A DNA stretch of 64,000 nucleotides, from positions 28,637-92,636 of the forward strand of contig JACPFQ010000004.1 of assembly GCA_016182875.1 (NCBI GenBank). The letters are read 5' to 3'. Source of the DNA: Candidatus Doudnabacteria bacterium. GTDB lineage: Bacteria > Patescibacteriota > Doudnabacteria > UBA920 > O2-02-FULL-48-8. Position 1 is the stretch's first letter. Every line of letters begins with the position of its first letter. Shown piece after piece: positions 9,243 to 19,054 of the stretch. The notes under the pieces were generated by a model. It did no database searches. It saw only the letters and a program-made list of their open reading frames with translations, and was not told where the DNA came from. The position numbers and the translations under genes were made by a program.

Positions 9243-9292
9243 CTCGTTGGCCCGGCTGCGACTGCACATCGCAGGCCGGGTCTCTTTTTTTC
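9243..9292 (+). terminator. Rho-independent terminator ending the rSAM/peptide operon
   Basis: GC-rich hairpin GCCCGGCTGCGA...TCGCAGGCCGGG followed by TCTTTTTTT. Confidence 0.65.
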
Positions 9293-9308
9293 AATTAACC
9301 ATACTTAT

Positions 9309-9644
9309 ATGCAACAAGTCACATGGCAACAATTCGAACAAATAGAGCTCAGGGTTGGCACAATCCTTAAGGCTGAAGATTTTCCTGAGGCTAGAAGGTC
9401 TTCTTATAAATTAGAAATCGACCTGGGAGAATTCGGCATTAAAAAATCAAGCGCTCAAATCACTCATCTCTATAAACCAGAAGAGCTTGTCGGCAGACAA
9501 GTGCTTTGTGTCATAAACTTCCCGCCCAAACAGATCGCCAATTTTTTCTCGGAGGTTTTGACTTGCGGATTTTATCTGCCAACGGGAGAAGTGGTGCTTG
9601 CTCAACCGGAAAGAAAAGTCCCTAACGGCTCAAGGCTTGCGTAA
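9309..9644 (+). CDS. csaA: CsaA/Trbp111-like tRNA-binding domain protein
   Basis: 111 aa. ELRVGTI...VINFPPKQI resembles the EMAP/CsaA tRNA-binding fold. Confidence 0.7.
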   Translation: MQQVTWQQFEQIELRVGTILKAEDFPEARRSSYKLEIDLGEFGIKKSSAQITHLYKPEELVGRQVLCVINFPPKQIANFFSEVLTCGFYLPTGEVVLAQPERKVPNGSRLA

Positions 9645-10313
9645 CAAATCCGGCCTTCGCTTTTTGGTCCGCTTAAGCGCTTCGGCTTTGCGCCACTCAT
9701 TGATTTTGGCGTGATTGCCGGAAAGCAAGACTTTCGGCACCTTCATGCCTTTGTAATTTTCTGGTCTCGTATACTGAGGATACTCCAGGAGGTTTTCTGA
9801 GAAGCTTTCATTCACGGTTGACTCAAACTTACCCACTACTCCTGGCACCATGCGAGCAACCGCATCGACCACTGCCATGGCCGGAATCTCGCCACCAGTT
9901 AATATATAATCGCCAATGGAAATTTCTATGTCCGCCAACTTTCTTATACGTTCATCAAATCCCTCATAGCGCCCGCAAATCAGAATCAAAGTTTTATTTT
10001 TGCTTAACTGCTTCACCAGTTTCTGATTTAAGGTTTTGCCTTGTGGGGTAAGGAGTACTACTTTTCGCTTTTCGCTTTTCGCTTTTCGCTTAAGATCGCG
10101 CAAGACGCGATCAATTATATCAACCCTCATAACCATCCCAGCGCCACCGCCATAAGGCCGGTCATCAACGGACTTATGCGCATCAGTCGCCCAGTCCCGC
10201 AAATTGCGGACTTGAATTTTTATAAGCTTCTTGGCGAGCGCGCGTTTAATTACGCTTATATTGAAATAAGATTCGAATGCTTCCGGAAAGATTGTGAGGA
10301 TGATGAATTTCAT
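9630..10313 (-). CDS. trmD: tRNA (guanine37-N1)-methyltransferase TrmD
   Basis: Start taken at [16 protein letters not shown] TrmD motifs ([21 protein letters not shown]). Contains an in-frame (GCGAAA)n repeat. Confidence 0.85.
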   Translation of the reverse strand: MKFIILTIFPEAFESYFNISVIKRALAKKLIKIQVRNLRDWATDAHKSVDDRPYGGGAGMVMRVDIIDRVLRDLKRKAKSEKRKVVLLTPQGKTLNQKLVKQLSKNKTLILICGRYEGFDERIRKLADIEISIGDYILTGGEIPAMAVVDAVARMVPGVVGKFESTVNESFSENLLEYPQYTRPENYKGMKVPKVLLSGNHAKINEWRKAEALKRTKKRRPDLLRKP

Positions 10314-10350
10314 AACATAAAACAACCCCGACGTTACGTCGGGGTGGATT

Positions 10351-10677
10351 TTAAAGCTTGAATTCGTCAATATCTGAGGCAAGTTCTTTGTCCACTGAGG
10401 AAGTTTCCTGCCTGGGTTTTCTGGAGCCTTCTGGTTCGTGGATTTTGAGATTGACTCGAGCTTTTCTCTTAGCTCCCACTACTCGGAGCAGGGTTCTTAT
10501 GGATTTGGCGGTTTGACCCTGACGCCCGATTACCTGGCCCATGTCTTCCGGATTGAGGTGGAGTGTAATGAGCACTCCCATTTCATCCACTGTGCGCTCG
10601 GTTCGAACATCGCTGGGATGATCCACCAAGGCTTTGACCACGTATTCGACAAATTCCTGATCTTGTTCTGTAGCCAT
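10351..10677 (-). CDS. KH-domain RNA-binding protein (YlqC/UPF0109-like)
   Basis: 108 aa. VIGRQGQTAKSIRTLL KH motif. Sits between rpsP and trmD as in the conserved operon. Confidence 0.8.
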   Translation of the reverse strand: MATEQDQEFVEYVVKALVDHPSDVRTERTVDEMGVLITLHLNPEDMGQVIGRQGQTAKSIRTLLRVVGAKRKARVNLKIHEPEGSRKPRQETSSVDKELASDIDEFKL

Positions 10678-10750
10678 GTCTTATGAATTTTTACTTTACA
10701 GTAAAGCTGTAGTCCGACCTTAATGCCTACACTTTCTTAACAAGAAAAGT

Positions 10751-11131
10751 TTACTGCTGTTTCTGCTCGGTGTCAACTCCGGCAGCTTCGCTCGTCGGAG
10801 CCGGTTTTGATTCTGCTGCTGGTGCAGGTTGTGCTGTCGGTTGAGTTTCCGGCGTCTCCTTCTTCTTGGGCGCCCAGGCTTTGACTTTCTTGCCGGCTAC
10901 AAGCTGCTTTTCTACGAAGAGATTCCGCACCGTGGGAGACATGGAAATGTTTTTATCAATCCAGGCCTTAAGCCGCTCCTGGTTCTTGATGCTGAAGTTC
11001 TTGGTGCGGGGATTGTAGTTACCAAGAATTTCCAAAAATTTCTTGCCGGATGCCCTGAGAGATTCAGCCAGAACGATTCGAAATTCAGGCCGGCTTTTGC
11101 TGCCAATGCGCTGGAGTCTGATAATTAACAT
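10751..11131 (-). CDS. rpsP: 30S ribosomal protein S16 with Lys/Pro-rich C-terminal extension
   Basis: MLIIRLQRIGSKSRPEFRIVLAE is a typical bS16 N-terminus. Confidence 0.9.
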   Translation of the reverse strand: MLIIRLQRIGSKSRPEFRIVLAESLRASGKKFLEILGNYNPRTKNFSIKNQERLKAWIDKNISMSPTVRNLFVEKQLVAGKKVKAWAPKKKETPETQPTAQPAPAAESKPAPTSEAAGVDTEQKQQ

Positions 11132-11210
11132 CTTTGACTATTTAATGATGCCTGCATATACTACCAAAACGACCGTCGTTGGTCAACAGTTAGAAAACGG
11201 AGGATTTCCG

Positions 11211-11747
11211 ATGAAGCGACAGATACCCAACGCTATTTCGGCGATTCGGGTAGCTCTCGCTTACCCGGTTGCCTCCTACGCTCTCGCCGATCAATGGACT
11301 TTGAGTTTCTGGCTGCTGGTTATTGGTTGGTTAACCGACTTTTTGGACGGGTTCGTTGCCAAGCGTCTCAAGGTCGCTGACAAAAACGAATTCGGCAAAA
11401 AGTGGGCTGATCCGATAAGCGACGCCTGTCTCAACGCCGGCAGTATCATCGGCCTCTTGCAGGGGCCAGAAAAACCCTGGGTGTTCGGGCTGGGGCTTGC
11501 CTCCTTCGTCCTGATGGTGAGCTTGAAGACACTCAAACACTGGGGCTGGTCCGACGAAGTTCGACGGCTGAGCGCTTCGATTTCGTTTGAATTCGTCGTC
11601 ATCTCAATCGCCGTCATCCTCAACATCTACGCCTATCGCGGCCTGCATTGGGGTCCCACGGGCATTGTCCTCACGATCCCAATTCTGCTCTATCTCCGGC
11701 GCGCTAAAAGGCAGAGGATTGAGAGAGTCTACAGGCTCGGCTTCTAA
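11211..11747 (+). CDS. CDP-alcohol phosphatidyltransferase family protein (PgsA-like)
   Basis: Start taken at MKRQIPNAIS after RBS ACGGAGGA. Motif DFLDGFVAKRL...G..WADPISD. Multiple TM segments. Confidence 0.7.
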   Translation: MKRQIPNAISAIRVALAYPVASYALADQWTLSFWLLVIGWLTDFLDGFVAKRLKVADKNEFGKKWADPISDACLNAGSIIGLLQGPEKPWVFGLGLASFVLMVSLKTLKHWGWSDEVRRLSASISFEFVVISIAVILNIYAYRGLHWGPTGIVLTIPILLYLRRAKRQRIERVYRLGF

Positions 11748-11808
11748 AAGTCCCGCTTGCTGCAACAGCGAGCGGGGCCAATTTTTTTTATGCTATATCT
11801 AGATATAA

Positions 11809-12426
11809 CTATTTTATCCGGCTTTTGATATGCCTTCTAATCCACCAAACAATAACTGCGACGATGACTATAACAATGACTGCGTCAAACTTCCGAAAAT
11901 ATCCTTCAAGCAATTGCCAATTCTCGCCTAACTTCAGGCCGAGCCAAGCTAAAAAATATGACCAGATAAAGGAACCGATGAAAGCTATAACAATAAACGA
12001 TCCCAGAGGCACCTTGCCGATGCCAGCGGGGATGGAAATAAAAGTGCGGACCACTGGCAGCATTCTGCCGACAAAAACCGAAAGCTTGCCAAAGCGCTGG
12101 AAAAACTTCTCGGTCAATTTAAGATCATTCTCGGAAATCAAAACATAACGGCCGTACTTCAGGATCAACGGCCGGCCGCCATAATATCCCAGCGCATAGG
12201 TTGCAACCGAGCCGACTACCGAACCGACGGCTCCGGCAACAGCAAGCCCAAATAATGTAAATCGCCCCGCTTCCACCAAAAAGCCAGAAAATGGCATGAT
12301 GACTTCCGAAGGCAGCGGAATGGCAGCGGACTCAATAGCCATTAAAAAAGCAACTCCAGTGTAGCCGAGCTGGTCTATGGTCGAGATAATGAAGTTAGTT
12401 ATGGCTAGAATGAGGTCCGTGAACAT
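11809..12426 (-). CDS. DedA/VTT-domain membrane protein
   Basis: 205 aa. FLMAIESAAIPLPSEVIMPFSGFLV is a typical DedA motif. Confidence 0.8.
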   Translation of the reverse strand: MFTDLILAITNFIISTIDQLGYTGVAFLMAIESAAIPLPSEVIMPFSGFLVEAGRFTLFGLAVAGAVGSVVGSVATYALGYYGGRPLILKYGRYVLISENDLKLTEKFFQRFGKLSVFVGRMLPVVRTFISIPAGIGKVPLGSFIVIAFIGSFIWSYFLAWLGLKLGENWQLLEGYFRKFDAVIVIVIVAVIVWWIRRHIKSRIK

Positions 12427-12454
12427 TTATGTATAATTTCGAATTATGAGTTTT

Positions 12455-12550
12455 GCCGCCTTGGGCGAGCCTCGCCTCCGGCGGGAATTTCGAATGAATA
12501 TTCTAATTTCTTAAATTCGAATTTGAATCAAAATTCTAAATTCATTATTC
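12455..12550. repeat. AT-rich intergenic repeat (inverted copy of 1-105)
   Basis: GAATTTCGAATGAATATTCTAATTTCT.AAATTCGAATTTGAATCAAAATTC. Confidence 0.55.
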
Positions 12551-12554
12551 AAAA

Positions 12555-14690
12555 TTATTCAGCAATAGCTTCTGCCTTCTCAAGCTTAATGGACAAAATC
12601 TTAGAAACGCCGGCATCGTCCATAGTCACGCCATACAAAGTATGGGCTTGCCTCATGGTCTCGCGATTGTGGGTTATGGTAATGAATTGGGTTTGGTGGG
12701 CCAGCGTGCCCAAGATGCTGGCAAATCTAATCGAATTGGCCTCATCCAAAGCCGCATCAACTTCATCCAAAACCACGAATGGAGAAGGGTAGGACGCAAG
12801 AAGCGCGCAAAGCAGGGCAATCGCGGTCAGCGCCCGCTCGCCTCCAGACAACGCCTGGATGGTTGCCAATTTCTTGCCGGGCGGCGTGGCTTTGATTTCA
12901 ATGCCCACTATTTCCCTATGAGTTTTCGGCTCTTCGGTTTGGTCATCGTTATCCGCCTCCGCTAAAGCTTCGGCGGACAAGTTGTCATCGTCAACCTCAG
13001 CCACGTCTTCCCGCAATAAATTCATGTGCGCCTTGCCGCCGTTGAAGAGAATCCGGAAGTACTCGGCAAATTTATCGGAAATCCTGCTGAAGGCCTCATC
13101 AAACTGCTTTTTAATCACCAGGTCCAATTCTTCGAGCACGGTTTTCAGGTCAGCCACGGCCGCGGATAAATCTTTCACCTGCGCGGAAAGATAGTCAAAT
13201 CGCTGTTGAGTTTCGCGGTACTCATTCAAAACCTGTTCATCCACTCCGCCAGCCAGCTCAAGCTGCCGTTTGAACTTCAAAATCTGATTTGGCAAGTCAG
13301 GATTGCCCGGCGCTTTTTTATGCTGGCTGAGCATTTCCGGCATGCCGCCGAAAGCCTCTCTGATTTCTTTCGTCAAGTTTTCCATTCTGGTATCGAGCTT
13401 GGCTTTTTCAATTAAAATTAAATTCTGCTCATCTTTTAGCTCGTTTAATTCGTTGCTTTTAGTCCGGAACTTCTTTTCTTCCGCCGTAAGAAATTGCTTT
13501 TTCTGCTTTTCTTCAGTCAAGAGCTTGTTTTTGGCCGCTCTTTGTTCTTCCATGTCCTTGACAATTTGTTCCAATTCACGAGTCAGGACTTGCTTCTGCT
13601 TGAGCAGTTCGTCATTTTTTGCGTTGCTGAAATCGGAGACCAGCTTTTTTAAGCTCCGCTTGACTTCCTCGATGTTGTCAGGACGGAGCTGGTTTAAAAT
13701 TGCCTCGAACTGCCGCTGGAATTCAGAAAAATTCCGGGTTGCGGCCGGATCTATTTTAAGCTTGCCAGAAATTTCGGCCAGCTGTTCAAGCAGCGCCAGT
13801 TTTCGATCCTCGAGATGCTTAAGCCTACTGTCCAATTCGTCCACAAAGGTGCTGGATTTCGTCGATTGCTGTTCGTCTTTCTCCAAGTTTTTTTGGAAGG
13901 CAGTTATCTCTGACTCCAAACCCGCAACCACACGCTTTTTCAACTGCAAGGCTTCTGAAACACTGTCTAATTCGGTTTCCAAAAGATAAATTTGCCCGCC
14001 GAAATACTCCAGCTGCAAGCCGGCTAATTGAGCGGCAACAGCTTCGCGTTCCTCCATCCGCTTGGCTTGGCGTTTAAGCGAGCGGAGCCGCGGTTCAATT
14101 TCGGCGATGAGCTGGGAAACAGAAGTTAAGTTCTCCTCGGTCTGCGCAAGCCTTCGGATAGTTTTTTCTTTCTTCAAATAATACGGCTTGACCCCCGAAG
14201 CGTCTTCAATCAAATTCTTGATTTCGGCAGGGCCGGCCAAAACCAGCTGGTCGATCGTGCCCTGGCCGATAACCGCATAGTTAGTCGCGCCGAAGCCCGA
14301 GCGAAGCAGGGCGTCGACGACATCCAGCAGCCGGACGCGGTTTTTATTTATGAGGTATTCCGATTCCCCGTTTCGATAAAGTCTGCGGGCAATGACGACT
14401 TCATTGTAGTCATAGGGCAGTTTGTGGTCCTTGTTGTCGAAATACAAAGAAACCTCGGCCATGGAAAGCTTCGATTTTTTGTCAGAACCGGCAAAAATCA
14501 CGTCTTCCGACTTCTTGCCGCGCAGAAGCTTGAGCGACTGCTCGCCCATGACCCAGCGAATGGCATCCGCGACATTGGATTTGCCGCTGCCATTGGGGCC
14601 AACTATTGCGGTGAGGCCCGGATCAAAATCAAGCACAGCTTTCTGGGCAAATGATTTGAAGCCGTGAAGTTCGAGGCGTTTGAGATACAT
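12555..14690 (-). CDS. smc: SMC-family chromosome segregation ATPase (short form)
   Basis: Start taken at MYLKRLELHGFKSF. Walker A GPNGSGKSN. Long coiled coil. C-terminal signature LSGGERALTAIALLCA and Walker B VLDEVDAALD. Confidence 0.75.
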   Translation of the reverse strand: MYLKRLELHGFKSFAQKAVLDFDPGLTAIVGPNGSGKSNVADAIRWVMGEQSLKLLRGKKSEDVIFAGSDKKSKLSMAEVSLYFDNKDHKLPYDYNEVVIARRLYRNGESEYLINKNRVRLLDVVDALLRSGFGATNYAVIGQGTIDQLVLAGPAEIKNLIEDASGVKPYYLKKEKTIRRLAQTEENLTSVSQLIAEIEPRLRSLKRQAKRMEEREAVAAQLAGLQLEYFGGQIYLLETELDSVSEALQLKKRVVAGLESEITAFQKNLEKDEQQSTKSSTFVDELDSRLKHLEDRKLALLEQLAEISGKLKIDPAATRNFSEFQRQFEAILNQLRPDNIEEVKRSLKKLVSDFSNAKNDELLKQKQVLTRELEQIVKDMEEQRAAKNKLLTEEKQKKQFLTAEEKKFRTKSNELNELKDEQNLILIEKAKLDTRMENLTKEIREAFGGMPEMLSQHKKAPGNPDLPNQILKFKRQLELAGGVDEQVLNEYRETQQRFDYLSAQVKDLSAAVADLKTVLEELDLVIKKQFDEAFSRISDKFAEYFRILFNGGKAHMNLLREDVAEVDDDNLSAEALAEADNDDQTEEPKTHREIVGIEIKATPPGKKLATIQALSGGERALTAIALLCALLASYPSPFVVLDEVDAALDEANSIRFASILGTLAHQTQFITITHNRETMRQAHTLYGVTMDDAGVSKILSIKLEKAEAIAE

Positions 14691-14808
14691 AGGAAATTCA
14701 AAAGTCAAAATGCAAAATGCAAAATGACAAAGCAAAATTAAAAATTATTCTCTTTGCATTTTTAATTACATTTTGATTTTTGAGCTTTGATTTTTGATTT
14801 CTCATAAG

Positions 14809-15498
14809 TTAAAGGTCAGAAACTTTCAATCCATTCTCCGCCGCGGCAATTTCCGCTTCCTGTTTCGAGGCTCCGACCCCGGTTGCCACCTGCTTGTCAT
14901 TCACAAACACTCCAACCTCGAACTGCTTGTTGTGGTCCGGCCCCCATTCTCCCAGAACTTTGTAATGCGGGGTCACGCCGATTTTTTCCTGGGTCAGCTC
15001 CTGAAACTTGCTTTTCGGGTCAAGGATTTTGCCTGACTCCATGACCGAAGTAAGCTTGACCAAAACATAGCGGTCCACAAACTGCTTCGCCGCGGCAAAT
15101 CCCGAATCCAAATAAATAGCCCCGATCAAAGCCTCCAAGGCATTGGCCAAAATAACCTGGCGGGCGCGGCCGGTATCCTTCGCCTCCCCCTTAGAGAGGA
15201 GGATGTGGTTGTCCAGATTCAGTTCCGCTGCTACATCAGAAAGCATTTTATAATTCACCAGAGCGGAGCGAAAGTTGGTCAGCTCGCCTTCGGGATTTGG
15301 GTAACTGTGGTACAAATACTCCGTAGTTATTAACTCCAAGACAGCGTCGCCCAAAAACTCCAGCCGCTCGTTGTGAGGCAGCGGCCATTTGCGGTTCTCG
15401 TTCAGATACGAGCGGTGGGTCAGTGATGATTGAAGCAGATTGCGATCATTGAATTTTATGTTTATTTTGGTCTCTAAGTTATCAAGATCCATAGACAA
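14809..15498 (-). CDS. rnc: Ribonuclease III
   Basis: 229 aa. ERLEFLGDAVLEL signature plus a C-terminal dsRBD. Confidence 0.9.
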   Translation of the reverse strand: MSMDLDNLETKINIKFNDRNLLQSSLTHRSYLNENRKWPLPHNERLEFLGDAVLELITTEYLYHSYPNPEGELTNFRSALVNYKMLSDVAAELNLDNHILLSKGEAKDTGRARQVILANALEALIGAIYLDSGFAAAKQFVDRYVLVKLTSVMESGKILDPKSKFQELTQEKIGVTPHYKVLGEWGPDHNKQFEVGVFVNDKQVATGVGASKQEAEIAAAENGLKVSDL

Positions 15499-15617
15499 GA
15501 GTTTCTTGTCATTCTGAACGCAGTGAAGAATCGGCCCCCGGCGGGACAGAGGTATAGCTGCCCAGTGCCGGATTCAGATGCTTCGCTCCGCTCAGCATGA
15601 CACAAATATTAATTCTC

Positions 15618-15692
15618 TGGTGGACGGTAGAGGATTTGAACCTCTGACCCTCTCTACGTCAAAGAGATGCTCTACCACTGAGCTAACCGTCC
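15618..15692 (-). tRNA. tRNA-Val (anticodon GAC)
   Basis: Cloverleaf read on the minus strand. Acceptor GGACGGT/ACCGTCC. Anticodon loop TTGACGT. CCA encoded. Confidence 0.75.
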
Positions 15693-16472
15693 TTATGCTG
15701 CTTCCGGCAAAGCAGCTTCCTGCTCACCTTCTAATTTTACCGGCTTAACCAACTCTTGGAAAGTTAGTATCCAGCAGGCCTGGGTAAATACCAGGGGCAG
15801 AGCCGAACAGAGTAAAAAAAACGCGGCTGCTAAAGCCATCCCTATATTACCATAAAACCGGAAAAAAACAATCGAAGCTATCGTGGGCAAAATAGAATTT
15901 ATTATCAATAAAACCAGGCTTAAAAAGGTTAAGCTGAACCAGTATTTGGAGACCAAATCCCACGCAGCACTCAAGCTTTGTCTTGCCCTTAAGTCGTTAA
16001 AAACCGTGAACAATGCTGCAAGTTCGACAACTGCGATTAGGCTTAGTCCTACTATTGCGTATACCAAAGTCGAGAACATGCGCGAGGCCGCGGCAGAAGC
16101 GGGCTCAAACAAAAGCCAGCTGATGAGAGTTAAAAATACGGCAAACAATAAAAATTCTATAGCTATGCGTTCATAATATTTTCTGCCGGTTCTGAAAGAT
16201 TTGCGCAAATTTGTTTCCCTTTTGGCAAGCAGTTCGCTGAAAGCTGTTACAAGCCCCACTTTTGACCTGAAACCAAGGAAGAGTACGGCTACCAAAACTG
16301 CCAAAATCAAAAGTGCGCTTGCGGGCTTTTGGACAAACAAATTTGCGGAGCTTTTTAAAAATAATACAACTGCCGCTGACAAAACCAAAAGCAGGCCGTA
16401 TGCCCACAAAAATTTATGACTTTTTGTAAGCAACCAAGCCTGCTTTAGAATTTTTTTGTAGGGAATCATCAC
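15693..16472 (-). CDS. Polytopic membrane protein, hypothetical
   Basis: 259 aa with about seven hydrophobic segments. No motif recognised. Confidence 0.4.
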   Translation of the reverse strand: MMIPYKKILKQAWLLTKSHKFLWAYGLLLVLSAAVVLFLKSSANLFVQKPASALLILAVLVAVLFLGFRSKVGLVTAFSELLAKRETNLRKSFRTGRKYYERIAIEFLLFAVFLTLISWLLFEPASAAASRMFSTLVYAIVGLSLIAVVELAALFTVFNDLRARQSLSAAWDLVSKYWFSLTFLSLVLLIINSILPTIASIVFFRFYGNIGMALAAAFFLLCSALPLVFTQACWILTFQELVKPVKLEGEQEAALPEAA

Positions 16473-18361
16473 ACAGAGGCGACAGATGGCAATCCTCTAT
16501 CCAATTCTTGCATCCCTTTCTTGGCCAGCTTTTCCTTGGGCATGATGTCAGCAAGCAGCTGCTCAAAATCTTCCCGTTCGATGGTTTCCACTTCAATCAG
16601 CTTTTTAGCCAGCAATTCCAGATATTTTTTATATTTCTTGATGATATCAAAGGCTTGCTTATAGGCTTTGTCTATAAAGCTCGCCACTTCCTCGTCGATC
16701 TTGGCGGCCACTTTTTCCGAATAGTTCTTTTGTTCCGAAATTTCCCGGCCCAAAAAAATCATTTCGTGATGCTCGCCGAATGTCATGGGCGGCAACTTTT
16801 CGGACATGCCGTAAGCCGTGACCAATTTTCGCGCCAGATTCGTGGCGACCTTCAAATCATTCGAAGCGCCGGTGGTTAGTTCATTAAAGATGAATTTTTC
16901 CGTGGCATACCCGCCCAAACTTACGGCCAGGTCCGCCAAAAATTCGGATTTCGAATGAAGATTTTTATCTTCTTCCGGAAGCTTCATCGTATAGCCCGCT
17001 GCCCGGCCGCGGGAAACTATCGAAACTTTGTGCACCGGGTCGGCATGCGGAAGGATTGTGGCCACCAAAGCGTGGCCGGCTTCGTGCCAAGCCGCGATTT
17101 CTTTTTCTTTTTTCGAAAGCAAATGGCTTTTCCGCTCCGGCCCAAGCATGACTTTTTCTATTGATTCAATCAATTCGGTCTGCGTAATCTCTCTTAAATT
17201 CTTTCGCGCGGCCAAAATCGCGCCCTCATTGACGAGGTTGGAAAGGTCAGCGCCGGAAAATCCGGGAGTGCGCTCGGCGATTGAGCGCAAATTGACGTTT
17301 TTGGCCAAAGGCTTGTTTTTGATATGGACCTTAAGGATGGCCTCGCGGTCATTGATGTCCGGCTGGTCCAAAATCACCTGCCGGTCAAACCTCCCGGGCC
17401 TCAAAAGCGCCGGGTCAAGAACATCAGGCCGGTTGGTCGCCGCAATCACGATGACATTGGCGTCTGATTCAAACCCGTCCATCTCCACTAAGATTTGATT
17501 CAATGTTTGCTCGCGCTCGTCGTGGCTGCCGCCCAAACCCGCGCCTCGCTGCCGCCCAACCGCGTCAATTTCGTCGATGAACACGATGCAGGGTGCGTTC
17601 CTCTTTGCGCGTTTGAACAAATCACGGACTCGGGAGGCCCCTACCCCGACGAACATCTCCACGAATTCCGAACCGGAGATATGGAAAAACGGGACATTGG
17701 CTTCGCCGGCGATGGCCCTTGCGACCAGGGTCTTGCCTACTCCGGGAGGGCCCAAGAGCAGAACGCCTTTGGGGATGCGAGCGCCCAGCGCAAAAAACTT
17801 CTGCGGGAAGCGCAAAAACTCGACAATTTCTTTAAGCTCTTCCTTGGCTTCTTTGACCCCGGCAACATCGGCAAAGGTAATCCGCTTTCTGCGGTCTGAC
17901 TGCTCCATAAGCTTGGCGCCAGACTGTCCAAACGACATGGCTCGGTTGTTTGAGCCTTGCACCTGGCGCATGAGAAACCAAATAAACGCCGCTATCAAAA
18001 CAAACGGAATCAGAAACGGCAGGATCGTGGAAAGCAGAATCGAAGTGCCGCTGCCGTCCTTGACTTCTATTTTCAAATCTTTGATTTTCTCGGCTTCCAG
18101 GCCGTAATTTCTCAAAGTTTCCGAAAGCGCGACTTCCCGCTCCTTGAATGCCTTTGCTTTGCTTCCATCTTTGTAGAAAACCGCAAGCTTGTCGTCGGAG
18201 ACCTCAATGCGGTCAACCTTGCCGGCATTAGCCTCTTCGGCGATTTGGCTGATGGAAACTATCGGCAAATCCTTGTCTTGAGCGCCAAAAAGGCTGAAGC
18301 CCGCGGCGACGACCAAAAATATGCCCAAAATAATAAGCAAGTTTTTTATGAATCTGTTCAT
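16469..18361 (-). CDS. ftsH: ATP-dependent zinc metalloprotease FtsH
   Basis: 630 aa. Walker [12 protein letters not shown]. Zn motif HEAGHAL. Confidence 0.95.
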   Translation of the reverse strand: MNRFIKNLLIILGIFLVVAAGFSLFGAQDKDLPIVSISQIAEEANAGKVDRIEVSDDKLAVFYKDGSKAKAFKEREVALSETLRNYGLEAEKIKDLKIEVKDGSGTSILLSTILPFLIPFVLIAAFIWFLMRQVQGSNNRAMSFGQSGAKLMEQSDRRKRITFADVAGVKEAKEELKEIVEFLRFPQKFFALGARIPKGVLLLGPPGVGKTLVARAIAGEANVPFFHISGSEFVEMFVGVGASRVRDLFKRAKRNAPCIVFIDEIDAVGRQRGAGLGGSHDEREQTLNQILVEMDGFESDANVIVIAATNRPDVLDPALLRPGRFDRQVILDQPDINDREAILKVHIKNKPLAKNVNLRSIAERTPGFSGADLSNLVNEGAILAARKNLREITQTELIESIEKVMLGPERKSHLLSKKEKEIAAWHEAGHALVATILPHADPVHKVSIVSRGRAAGYTMKLPEEDKNLHSKSEFLADLAVSLGGYATEKFIFNELTTGASNDLKVATNLARKLVTAYGMSEKLPPMTFGEHHEMIFLGREISEQKNYSEKVAAKIDEEVASFIDKAYKQAFDIIKKYKKYLELLAKKLIEVETIEREDFEQLLADIMPKEKLAKKGMQELDRGLPSVASV

Positions 18362-18395
18362 CGCGTTTTAGAAATTGATGTGACTAAGCCTAAAA

Positions 18396-18424
18396 ATTTT
18401 ACTGGTTTTAAGAACTAATGTCAA
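18396..18424 (-). promoter_or_regulatory. Sigma70-type promoter for ftsH (TTGACA-17-TAAAAT)
   Basis: Read on the minus strand. -35 at 18424..18419 and -10 at 18401..18396, about 35 nt upstream of the ftsH start. Confidence 0.5.
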
Positions 18425-18558
18425 CTGGCGTCAGGAATCGAATAAATCGGGGGCCCCCGAAAATTGCGCAGCAATTTTTGGGGAAAGAGGCACTGGCACG
18501 GAAGCCGAAGCGACTTTGACGATTAGTCAAAGGCGCAAAGGCTGAAGTGCCTGATGAC

Positions 18559-18718
18559 TCGTGGTGCCGGGGGCAGGAGTTTCATTCGCCGCTAATGCGG
18601 CTCTATACAGGGTTGCGCCGGAAGCTGCGCTTGCTCGCTTCCGTCGATCGCTTGACTTCGACTGATGTCTTGTCTCGCTTCAACCCGTTCAACTCCGCTC
18701 AAATCTTAGCAAATTCTC
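18559..18718 (-). mobile_element. ~160-bp insertion/remnant at the tRNA-Leu 3' end bounded by a 20-nt duplicate of the tRNA 3' end
   Basis: AACTCCTGcCCCCGGCACCA at 18559-18578 (minus) matches the tRNA 3' terminal 20 nt at 19 of 20 positions. The intervening ~140 nt is homologous to the tRNA-Pro trailer. Confidence 0.4.
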
Positions 18719-18805
18719 TGGTGCCGGGGACAGGAGTTGAACCTGCATGCCCTTGCGGGCGCTAGCTCCTAAAGCTAGTGCGTCTGCCAGTTTCGCCACC
18801 CCGGC
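18719..18805 (-). tRNA. tRNA-Leu (anticodon TAG), class II with long variable arm
   Basis: Acceptor GCCGGGG/CCCCGGC. Anticodon loop TTTAGGA. Long variable arm. CCA encoded. Confidence 0.8.
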
Positions 18806-19008
18806 TAGCTTATGATCTAAAATTTTATCGCAAATCCCTTAACTTCCGCAAGACTCTACCCTTACCTGATTTAATTTGCCGACGGCTTCTGTTTATCTGT
18901 TTAAGCAGCTTGTTTTCTATCTTCAATTTCATTTTGCTTAATTTCATATCCAAATAACAATTTAGTATCTATTCCAAACCATCAGGCTCATTATATCAAA
19001 TTCTATTT

Positions 19009-19043
19009 GTCTAATAAATAGTGTAATTACACCAAATATTAGA
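19009..19043. repeat. Direct repeat copy 1 containing 12-bp palindrome GTGTAATTACAC
   Basis: 35 nt (32 of 35 match) shared with 19748..19782. Lies immediately 3' of the PaaX-like gene. Confidence 0.6.
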
Positions 19044-19054
19044 CAGAACTTTTT

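Noticed and set aside
12642-13989. Plus-strand ORFs (12642..12965, 13303..13989 and others) inside the smc-like gene
   Set aside because: Antisense to a well-supported SMC-family CDS with Walker A/B and signature motifs. They are low-complexity Ser/Leu-rich translations typical of antisense frames.
18420-18720. Possible tmRNA or second tRNA suggested by the tRNA-like 3' end TGGTGCCGGGGGCAGGAG at 18559
   Set aside because: No acceptor 5' strand, T-arm partner or tag-peptide reading frame could be found. The 20-mer is a near-exact copy of the adjacent tRNA-Leu 3' end, and the same architecture recurs at tRNA-Pro. It is interpreted as an integration-type target duplication instead.
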